Shown: positions 7,159 to 16,400 of the stretch, piece by piece | Position numbering within the stretch: the stretch's first letter is position 1 | Layout of the letters: every line of letters starts with the position of its first letter | Assembly: GCF_000179635.2 (NCBI RefSeq) | Contig: NC_014825.1 | Location: 270,001-302,000 of the forward strand | Direction: 5' to 3' | DNA from: Ruminococcus albus 7 = DSM 20455 | Lineage (GTDB): Bacteria; Bacillota; Clostridia; Oscillospirales; Ruminococcaceae | DNA: 32,000 nt | The notes under the pieces: generated by a model | Told to the model about the DNA's origin: nothing | The model's database searches: none | The model's input: the letters and a program-made list of their open reading frames with translations, nothing else | Translations under genes and position numbers: made by a program

Positions 7159-7222
7159 GTTGACAACAACCTGACAAGAACCTGACAAAACAGGTTTGTC
7201 AATTCTGTCAACTTTGTCAGGT
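7159..7222. repeat. parC-like centromere/operator iterons
   Basis: TGACAA occurs at 7161, 7172 and 7183 (11-bp phasing, the last two as CCTGACAA). The inverted (T)TGTCA follows at 7196, 7205 and 7214 (9-bp phasing). TGACAAA-acagg-TTTGTCA forms a central perfect palindrome (7183-7201). The array lies directly upstream of the parM promoter. Confidence 0.55.
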
Positions 7223-7274
7223 CATGTTCTGAGTTGCAACGGAGAGGGCAGAAATATGTGCTATAAATGAACAA

Positions 7275-7301
7275 GCCCTCGGAGCGTTATACTCTGAGGG
7301 C
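7275..7301. terminator. 10-bp stem hairpin (GCCCTCGGAG-cgttata-CTCTGAGGGC), likely an intergenic terminator that served as the IS66 target
   Basis: The stem has one G-T pair. On the minus strand it is followed by TTGTTCATTTAT. The 3' arm overlaps the IS66 target-site duplication. Confidence 0.45.
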
Positions 7302-7303
7302 TA
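7296..7303. repeat. Left copy of the 8-bp target-site duplication GAGGGCTA
   Basis: It is identical to 10324-10331 and directly abuts the IS terminal repeat at 7304. Confidence 0.85.
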
Positions 7304-7367
7304 GTAAGCGTATAACCCCCCGCATCATAAAAGCAAACAGCCGGGCAGATAACACCCGGCCGTAACA

Positions 7368-7907
7368 TCATATTCTGGCTTTGATTTCTCCATTTCTCTT
7401 TGCGTCCATGTATATTTCTTTGAAATCAGCTTTGCTGTTCGGACCGAATATGATCGGCATAACAGATACCAGGCCATCGGAAATGATCGCATTTTTAAAT
7501 GGCAGAAGCGCTGCATCAAGCAAAGTTGGCATCGGTGCATTTCTCAGCATTTCCTCCCAACTGCTGACAATGCCGTTTACAAGAAAAACAGAATTGTCAT
7601 CGATCGATATAAATACCGATCCCTTTTTCCAATGTCGCTCAATGATAAATCTGCCGGTGATGCACCCTTTCCAGCTTTTAAGTATCTCCATGTGTTCTTC
7701 GGGCAGATCCGATCGCTCAAGATAATCATCAATGATCCATGTCCGTTCCCATAAAAAGTGGGCAACCTCCGCAGCGTCCTGTGGGTCGATCATTCCTTGC
7801 CCGAAATAATCTTCCTCAGGAAGTATATGATATTCTCTGTTCACATAGTCAAGCAGTGGAAAAAACAGTTCATAAAACAGCTTTGCATCTTCATTACTAA
7901 GTTTCAT
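7368..7907 (-). CDS. Hypothetical 179-aa protein carried inside the IS66 element, downstream of tnpC
   Basis: It lies inside the IR boundaries and its start overlaps the tnpC stop by 11 nt. The composition is protein-like and no motif was recognised. Confidence 0.6.
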   Translation of the reverse strand: MKLSNEDAKLFYELFFPLLDYVNREYHILPEEDYFGQGMIDPQDAAEVAHFLWERTWIIDDYLERSDLPEEHMEILKSWKGCITGRFIIERHWKKGSVFISIDDNSVFLVNGIVSSWEEMLRNAPMPTLLDAALLPFKNAIISDGLVSVMPIIFGPNSKADFKEIYMDAKRNGEIKARI

Positions 7908-9408
7908 TTTCTTCCCTCCATGGTAATAATATCGTCCCCGCAGGCTGTGAAAACAGCTCGGTCAGGTATTTCTCAGCATCAACACCGTTCGCCTGTGCAG
8001 TTGAAATGATCGAATACAGCGTTGCACTTGATCTGGCTCCGTTTGCTGTATTTGAAAACAGCCAATTTTTTCGGCCTAACGCAAACGGTCTTATTGCGTT
8101 TTCGGCTCTGTTGTTGTCGATAGGCACGTCTCCGTTTTCAAGAAACGTGTAAAGATATTTCCGTTCATTCAACGCATATCTTACTGCATCTGTCAGCTTG
8201 CCCTTACCACTGACCTGAACATTTTCAAGCCACGCAAAAAACTCGTCAAGCAAAGGCTTTACCTTCACAAGGCGCTGTTTATATCTGTATTCTGTGGAGC
8301 TGTCGGCAAGCAGATTTTCTTCGTGATATATCTTGTTGAAATATTCTACTGCCTTTGCCGCAACAGAAGTGCTGTGCAGCTTTTGGTCGTTCGGAAGAGC
8401 CTGAATAAAACCACGCCTTGCATGAGTCATACAGCCGCATCGCTTAGCACCCTCGACTGCATTGTAGGCATCGTATCCGTCACAGATAAGATAGCCGATA
8501 AATCCTTTCAGGAAATTCGAGGCGTGCTCACCCTTTCGTGTCGGCTGATAATCGAAAATGATGATGCTCCTGTCATTCATTTTGCCGTTGCAGTAGACCC
8601 ACATTCTTGATGTCGTGGTAGGCTTTCGGCCTTCCTCGTGAAGCACCTGAACGGTCGTTTCATCGGCATGGATCATCTGCCCTGCGATAAGCGTCTCATG
8701 CATTTTCTCCACAATCGGCAAACACCATTTTTCGGCAGCAGTGCCTACCCAATTAGACATAGTCGCTTTGAGCAGAGGTATGTTTTTGGAATTAAAGTCC
8801 TTTTCCTGACGGTGCAGAGGTACTGACTTTGCATATTTTTCGTAGATGATATGAGCCAGAAGTTCGGGAGAGCAATAGCTTCCCGGGATCATAGCGTGAG
8901 GATATGGCGCACGGATGATATGACAAGGTTCGTCCCTTTCTTCGGGCTTTTCTCCGCACTCGGGACACTTGTACTTATGTACTATATGCCTGCGGATATG
9001 ATATTTTGGCGGCGTAAATATAAGTTCATCGTAAGCCTTTTCGGGAGTCAGTTCTTCCATTTCGGCGCCGCATATTTCGCATACCGGGTTGTCAATTTTG
9101 TGATGTTCTTCTTTTACAGGCAGATTGTTCATCCATTCATCGTGAGTGCGTTTTTTCTTGCGCTTGTGTTCGGGAACAGTAATTGTTTCGGCAGATTTAG
9201 CTGCGGATTTTTCTTCATTGTTTCCGAACATGGAAAGCTGAACACCGAACTCCTTTTCCATAACAACAGATGTCTGCTCTGTTTTTCTTCCGAATATCTG
9301 CTTTCTGAACCACGCTAACTGCTGATTGGCAAGTGCTAGTTCTTCCTTGAGAACAGCGTTTTCATTACGGAGCGATACAATTTCCGATGTCATATTTGGT
9401 TCGGACAT
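7897..9408 (-). CDS. tnpC: IS66-family transposase TnpC
   Basis: An N-terminal leucine-zipper-like region (LRNENAVLKEELALANQQLAWFRKQIFG) is followed by Cys clusters (CEICG...CPECG). The C-terminal region DNNRAENAIRPFALGRKNWLF is typical of IS66 TnpC. I prefer the ATG at 9408 (MSEPNMT), which follows GGAGGGG. Confidence 0.9.
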   Translation of the reverse strand: MSEPNMTSEIVSLRNENAVLKEELALANQQLAWFRKQIFGRKTEQTSVVMEKEFGVQLSMFGNNEEKSAAKSAETITVPEHKRKKKRTHDEWMNNLPVKEEHHKIDNPVCEICGAEMEELTPEKAYDELIFTPPKYHIRRHIVHKYKCPECGEKPEERDEPCHIIRAPYPHAMIPGSYCSPELLAHIIYEKYAKSVPLHRQEKDFNSKNIPLLKATMSNWVGTAAEKWCLPIVEKMHETLIAGQMIHADETTVQVLHEEGRKPTTTSRMWVYCNGKMNDRSIIIFDYQPTRKGEHASNFLKGFIGYLICDGYDAYNAVEGAKRCGCMTHARRGFIQALPNDQKLHSTSVAAKAVEYFNKIYHEENLLADSSTEYRYKQRLVKVKPLLDEFFAWLENVQVSGKGKLTDAVRYALNERKYLYTFLENGDVPIDNNRAENAIRPFALGRKNWLFSNTANGARSSATLYSIISTAQANGVDAEKYLTELFSQPAGTILLPWREENET

Positions 9409-9500
9409 AAAGCACCCCTCCGTTCGTGATGATACTTTAATGATACCACGAAAAGAGGGGCTTTTCAAGCACATATTCTGAATATTCGGTAAGTATTGCC

Positions 9501-9857
9501 TTAATACAGCGCCCCCGGCTTTCCCTCACGGATAGCCTTCGGCTGCTCTATTTTCAAGCCTTCCAGAAGCCAGCGAATTTGCTGAGATGTGAGCATTACT
9601 GCTTCGGTCTCACTGCGCGGCCACTGGAATCTTCCGTTGTCAAGGCGCTTGTACAACAGCAGAAAACCATCGCCCTCCCACAGCAGACCTTTGATGCGGT
9701 CACAACGTCTGCCGCAGAACAAAAACAATGCTTTCGAGAACGGGTCAAGTCGAAGCTGAGCCTGAACGATAGTCGCAAGTCCGTCTATCCCGCGTCGAAG
9801 GTCGGTGTATCCCGTAACAAGATAGACCTGTGCGTCCGCTGCCAGATCATTCAGCAT
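9501..9857 (-). CDS. tnpB: IS66 Orf2 (TnpB)
   Basis: This 118-aa protein contains VTGYTDLRRGIDGLATIVQ...DPFSKALFLFCGRRCDRIKGLLWEGDGFLLLYKRLDNGRFQWP, the hallmark IS66 Orf2 pattern. Confidence 0.9.
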   Translation of the reverse strand: MLNDLAADAQVYLVTGYTDLRRGIDGLATIVQAQLRLDPFSKALFLFCGRRCDRIKGLLWEGDGFLLLYKRLDNGRFQWPRSETEAVMLTSQQIRWLLEGLKIEQPKAIREGKPGALY

Positions 9858-10168
9858 AGCTCATGCACCAAAGCGGTCAGAGTGTCCGCAGATATATCTG
9901 CCGGAAGAGATATTTGAAGTCCGTTTTTCTCAATGCGGATATTTTCGTTTGAGCAAGGAACTGATACAGGAACGATGGTCGGAGAATTTTCGATATACTT
10001 TTCACGAACTTTTCTTAGGCGGTTGTAATACGTGTTTGGCTTGATCCCTTTTTCTTTGCACCATTCCCGGATCGTCAGACCGCTTGCCTGCTGTGCTTTG
10101 ATCTGCGCAGACCATTCCTGAAGCTGCATTTCTTTTTTGATTGTTGTGATGGATGTTGTTTTGTCCAT
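9851..10168 (-). CDS. tnpA: IS66 Orf1 (TnpA, HTH-containing)
   Basis: This small protein has SGLTIREWCKEKGIKPNTYYNRLRK (HTH-like). It overlaps tnpB by 7 nt. The ATG at 10168 follows AAGGAGGTAACAGGT. Confidence 0.8.
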   Translation of the reverse strand: MDKTTSITTIKKEMQLQEWSAQIKAQQASGLTIREWCKEKGIKPNTYYNRLRKVREKYIENSPTIVPVSVPCSNENIRIEKNGLQISLPADISADTLTALVHELC

Positions 10169-10323
10169 ACCTGTTACCTCCTTGTCTAATCGTCTCCAAT
10201 GAACTCCATGGATCAATTTGGATTATTCAATTTACTTCATGGTGTTCCTTGGAGTTTATTATACTTTATTAGACTTCGGTGGGGTAGGTGCTGGGGGTTA
10301 TACGCTTACGGTTATACGCTTAC

Positions 10324-10331
10324 GAGGGCTA
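10324..10331. repeat. Right copy of the 8-bp target-site duplication GAGGGCTA
   Basis: It is identical to 7296-7303 and directly abuts the outer IS terminus at 10323. Confidence 0.85.
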
Positions 10332-10390
10332 TTTAATGTGTGGTAGCAGGGCAGGGTAACTTTGATCCCACCGGAATCAAAGTTGACATA

Positions 10391-10426
10391 AAAACGGCTC
10401 CGGAATATTTCATCCAGAGCCGTTTT
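10391..10426 (-). terminator. Rho-independent terminator of the giant gene/operon
   Basis: On the minus strand, AAAACGGCTCTGG-loop-CCGGAGCCGTTTT is followed by TAT, giving a T5 run. It starts 9 nt after the stop at 10435. A second hairpin, AACTTTGAT-N9-ATCAAAGTT, lies at 10358-10384. Confidence 0.75.
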
Positions 10427-10434
10427 CGGGTTAA

Positions 10435-13400
10435 TTATGGGTTGCTTTTAGATTGCTCAATAACAGTAGGATATACCTTTGCATTGGTGTATACCAAATA
10501 ATCAGTAGGCTTATTACCAATTGTTTCGCCACTGCCATCAATCAACTCGGCTTCAAGAAATACTTGATAGTTTGCATATTCAGTGAAGCCGCTTCCGGTA
10601 ATCACATAGTATTGAATTGTTGCACTATAAATCTTATCAGTTGCAGGATCTATTGACATTTCATAGATATATGTATCGTTTGTGCTTTCGCCAATCTTTG
10701 TTAATGAAGTATTGCCAATTTTTAAATCAATACCAGAAAGATAATTTGAAATATCACTTACTTTGACATACTCAACTTTAGTAATAGCTGCATTGGCAAT
10801 TTGAGGAGTATCCGTTTTCTTATTTAATGTTAAAGTAAATCGTATTTTTCTTGTTGTTGCGTGTGTTTCGTCCTCAATTGCCGTTGCATTTAATACCGCT
10901 TCCGAGTCTATCAACATAGCAGTTCTATCGTTGTTTGTGCCGTTAGAGGTTCGACCATTTACACCCAGCCTTGAATAGTTCTTACTCTCCTCGCCTATGG
11001 TATCATAGATGTCTAATTCTCTTTTGGCTTTGTAGGTTAAAATCGAAGCGTTTGCTGATTCTCTGTAATAGTAGTAATTATTTGGTGCAAACGGTTTTGT
11101 CATACTTGTATGCGTAAGCTGTGTACTGTCATAAGCAAGATTTGATGTGGCAGAGACCTTTACACCAACACGAGGATTTGAAGTGAGTTTTTCAGGAAAT
11201 TCAGCTTGAATATCTGAAAATACCATGTCTATATCAGCAGATACTGTTAAGGTGTAGTTGCTTGCATTTAGCAGATTAGACATCACGTTAGTTGTGTTTA
11301 CGAGTATATAGTTTGATTGCTTATCCACCACACAAGCAGTAGCTGAGCTATTTCCTATTTTATAGGCAGCTGTGCTGTTTGTAGCATCATAGCCGGCGAT
11401 CTCATTTACTACACTTCCGTCCTCGCCATAGCAGTTCAATGAAATATCGAATGCATGATATAGTGGTTTGCCGCTATCAAGTAAATATGATCTCGCTGTA
11501 TCATTTGTTAATCTGATAGTGGTTTCTGCATTAACTTCAATATGCCTATTGGAATCGGTGATTTGAACCTGAGTATTTCCTAATGTGTAAGAGGTTGTCT
11601 GTTCATACAAATCAGCAATAAGAACATTGTAAGGTGAATTTGAAGTTCTTGCAGCAGATTTTGTTCCGGTCAACCGTGATGGTGAGTCAATTCTATAAAA
11701 ATATAGTTCACTATCATAGCCGTCAACCTTTGGAACATACATACTGATATAGTAATCTTCGTTCAGAACATAACTATTTGAAACGGACAAGTTGATATTA
11801 CCGCTGCCGCCAACATATTCATAATAGTGCTTTATTCCGTTGTTGTCTATACGATATACACTATACTCATTATCTGTGACCGTATGACCTTCTGCGAATG
11901 TCAGCTCATTATACATTCCTCCTGTATCTGATTCTAATGTTTCAACCTCGATTTCCTTTGCAATCATTTTATTAAAGCTGCTTACGGAAAATGAAGTACC
12001 ACCGCTATCACTTGTGAAGTTAGTTAAATCAATCTTCCAGCCTGCTTCACCTAAAATATAACCGGTTTCGCCGGAATCAGGCAGAGCTTCAAAGTCATCT
12101 GCTGATGCATAGTATACCTTATCTGAATCTCCGTTCGGGTCAACAAGTACCATGTAAGTATCATCCGGCAGCTTATACGAAGCTATCTGCGTGTTGAATG
12201 TCACATACTTGTTATGATTCCATTTAAGATTTCCAGCAGAAAGCAGGATATTCAAGTCTTCTGCTGTATAGGAAAATCTGATGTATTGTGTAACCCAGGT
12301 GTTAAGGCTGTCAACGTGAAGACGATTATTGCTTGCCATTGCAGCTTCATAGTCAGAAACAACTGATGGTGTCTGATATGTAACAGAGTTTGTATCGGTC
12401 AGTGCTGCAGCCGAGAAACTGAATGTCATCTGCTTGACTGTATATACAGGAACATACAGATGATAAGCTACATCAGTATGATCTGAGTCAAAAGGATCGG
12501 TGAATTGAACGTCAATCAGCGTAAATGTGTTTTCTTTTCTTGCTCCCGAATCAGCATTTGCACCACTTAAAGCGAATACTCCATTATTAAACGTCAGACC
12601 AGGAGCATAATCAGGATCATCTGTATCAGTTATAACACTAAACTTTCCGCCGCTGTACTTGCAAGTGTTTATTGCAATATTATAATAATTGCTTGAAGTT
12701 GTATAGTCGTTGGAAGTATTTGTTACTAACTGAATATAGCGATTGATAAGATTAGTTGTCTCTGTGTTGTCTGTGTTTGATATAACAACCACAGCAAAAT
12801 TGTTTACTCCTGTTGGCAATGAGCCTGCCTCGGTTTGATAAGTCGAGATACGATCTCCGTCTTCGCCTGCTATGTGCTTCATGTAATTATCAATAGATAC
12901 GCCCGTATTATCATCTCTTGTCGGAATAGGATCATCAACAAATGAAGTATAACGTCTTGTATTTGTTGTGTCGCTAAGTTCCGAATAGATTTTAGCTGCC
13001 ATAGTTTGGTCGGCAGTCTTACCGCTGTATCCTGTGATTGATGAGCCGAAAAGCACAGCACCGTCACCTGAAATGATTTCATTAGTGCCAACAGCAGAGT
13101 GTGGATTGATATTAACATATGGAGCTTTAGGCATTCCAACATTGTTAGTATCATTGAAATTAGATACTGTGTTATTGGCTGATGTCTTACTCCGTCCGTC
13201 ATAATCTGCGAATACGAAGCTTGCATTATCGAAGTTCTCCCTATTGCCTACGTTTTTAGTAAAACCGTTTTCATAAACAGCCATACCCGAGAACTGAATA
13301 GAGGTTGTATCATCACTTCCGTCAACATAGCCTACCCAAGCACCCATATTAGTGCCTGTTACAGCTTCTACATCATCAAGTTTGATATTATAGCCGAGGA

Positions 13401-16400
13401 TTTTGTTTGTGCTTGATGCACTTTTTCTGTCAATTCGTCCGATAGCACCGCCGGCATAATTACCGGAATCACCCATAGTACAATTAATAACAGAACTATC
13501 GTGAATATAGCAGGTTACAGAACTATTATTAGCAAATGAACCAGAGTAACCAATGAATCCTCCACAATAAGTACCCTTAATGCTGTAATTTGAAACGGTA
13601 CTATCCTGAATGAGAATGTTAGGATCGCCGTTATCCAATACCAATGCTCTACCGATAAATCCGCCTGCATAGTTTGCATCAGTTGTATAGACGGTCACTG
13701 CCTCTATTGTGTTTGGTGAAGCAGAATTACCCGTCACTTTACAATTGTTTATGGCGATTGAATAAGGTGTATAGCCTGTTGTTCCCCATTTGCCGCCATA
13801 GATACCGCCGACAAATTGACCTTTGAAATTGATATTTTCTATTGTGCAATTCTCAAAAACAGCATAACAGGTCGGCACATAATCGGGTATAGGATCGCCT
13901 GCCGTGTGACCATTTTCTGTTTTTTCATAAGCACCGGAAGTTCTCGACTGCATAGCTCCGCAAATTCCGCCGGCAAAACGTATTCCTCCGCCGCCAATCG
14001 TAACAGGGCTGCTGCTATCACTTGATTGTATCTTCATATTGTAAGCCTGACAGCCGTCACCTGCGAAACCAACAAGTCCTCCTGCTGATGAAAGGTATTC
14101 TGCATTAGCTGATTCAAAGCCGATAGATTTCAAACCTACTGTTGAATAGCTTGCTGAATTACCCTGAACGATTACCTTTCCTTGGAAACATACACCTACA
14201 AATCCGCCTAAACCATTTCGGGCTTTTTCGGAGCTTTCCTGATCGGAACTTGAATTCATCTTCATTGAAAGATTTGTTGCACTGCACTGTGTCGCTGTGA
14301 TAATGTTTGTCTCTACACCATTAACAGCTTTACCAACATTGCCGGAATAGCCGAGAAGACCGCCTACGGCACTTGAACCGCATACTGTCAGGTCATTCAA
14401 TGAGATTTGATCAAAAGTAATATTCACATCAGTCAAACTTGCACCGCAGACACCACCCACGCTCAGAAATCTTGCAGTTGCCGATGCAACAATATCCATT
14501 TCGTGTGTTGAAGCGCTGTAATCGTTACTGAAAATTTCAGTATTTACAGAACCAGAGAGAGTGAAATTGGAAATACTGCTGCTTGCATTTTTGGTTACTA
14601 TGCTGTCAAACAAGCCTATTCCGTGGTTTGAATCCGACTTGCTGACATTATTAGTACCGCTGTCTGCACTCAAAATTTGGGTTGTAGTTGAATGAAGGTT
14701 ATTGAAGTAGTTGTCATACTCAAACTTATTCAAGTATATATCAACATCTATTGTGCACTTAGACGCAGTAGAGGTAAAAGAGTCAACCTTCATTTTACTT
14801 CCTGCTACATAGTTTCCAACACAACCTAATCCACGGAAACTATCAGGCATGACATAGGAAGAACCTGTAAGACTTATGTCGTAATATCCTGTTGATGATG
14901 TTACAAAGCGAGCAGGATAGCTGTATGTGATTTCGTCATATTCTTCGCCTGTCTTCTCATAGAAATCCAGCTGCGCTCCATTACCTCCACCACCTTGTGC
15001 CTGACCAGTGAAATGATTGCCATTTCTTAAACCTAAGTATTTCCTATTATCTGAAGTAGAACCCTTTATTTCCCATTTTCCTGCCGCTTCTCCTGAGGTT
15101 ATTTGTGTTATTTCGAAGTTGTATGAATTATTAGATGAAATAATATTTCTACTTGTACCATTTTCAAATGCAATATAATTAGAACCATTATTAAAAGATA
15201 TTGTATAATCATTGCCACTTATTTTAGTAAATGTTAACGGTAATTTTGTTGTATTATCAGAATTAACAGCTTGAAATCCTTTCGCATTAGAGTAAGTACC
15301 TGTTGTACTGCTTAAAAACATATTTCCAAATGCGATGTATAGTTCTTTTCCATTGGGATCATCGCCTGAAAACAGTTTTACTCCCGAAGCATGATGAGTG
15401 TTTGTGGAAGTTCCGTATGTATACCACTTGATTATATATGGTAAAGCGGTATTAGCAGCCGTATCTTTGCTTGCAAAATTATCATAGTCCGTTACTGTGT
15501 ATTTATCCGTGACCGCAGTACCCACGTCACTATAATCCGCTATATGGCTCATACCGTAAACATTAGTATTATTAATTCCATACGAAAACGAATTTACATA
15601 AGCATTGCTGTTAGACGTTGTAGCTGTTCCTGCACCAGACTGCGTTATAAGCGACAGAATGAAGAGTGCTTGTGCATTAGGAACCGTTATCGTTCCGTCT
15701 GCTGTTGCACTTGTAGGTGGTGTGACAGAAAGTGAATTAGCTGTTGTTATAGTCGTATACTTCTGAATATCGGCAATAGAATAATGCTTTTTACCGTTTT
15801 TCAGAGTGTGTTGTGTTCCTGTTCTTGCAGCACCTGCGTCACTATTAGCATCATCGTGATAAGTGCCGTTTTCGGTCACTGATAATTGATTTGATTCATT
15901 GACCGCATAACCGTTGATGACACGTCCGACAATCGGATTTACATAAATTGCTTCCTCAGCGGAATCCTGTGCAAGATTATGTGTTGTATTAGTCTTGTAA
16001 TATACGTTAAGTCCCGTATTAGCTACAGTTGTTTTTGAGGAAGTCATATTTTTGAAAATAAGACCGCCATAAACAACAACACCCACATAACCGCCGACAG
16101 GCACTATTGTACCATAAGTATTTGTTCCGTTATCTGTCAACTGTATCGCTGTAGAGAAAGATTCATCGTTCTCATCACCATCGGTGTCGGTATAAGAATA
16201 TCTCACATAGCTGTTGTCAATGATATTGTCGCCGCCCATAATTTCGCCAATGATTCCACCGTAATACTGACACTGAGAATTATAACCAAAATAAGCAGCA
16301 CTGTTAGTAGCAGCGGACTGAGTACGCACGATAGTATCTGTGTCAACATCAATATTAATGTCTTTTATAACGCTTCCGTTAGAGACATTGATGAGCGGAT

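Larger units (their letters stand above)
7304..10323 (-). mobile_element. IS66-family insertion sequence (3020 bp) with tnpA, tnpB, tnpC and one extra ORF
   Basis: The terminal inverted repeats start with GTAAGCG, as is typical of IS66. They are GTAAGCGTATAACCCCC at 7304-7320 and its complement at 10293-10309, with an extra outer 14-bp copy at 10310-10323. A perfect 8-bp TSD flanks the element. It has the canonical three-ORF organisation with overlapping tnpA/tnpB. Confidence 0.9.

Noticed and set aside
6440-7185. ORFs 6440-6661 (-) and 6814-7185 (+) within or opposite parM
   Set aside because: They are out of frame with or antisense to the ParM gene. Their peptides are R/Q/H-rich or V/D-rich low-complexity sequences.
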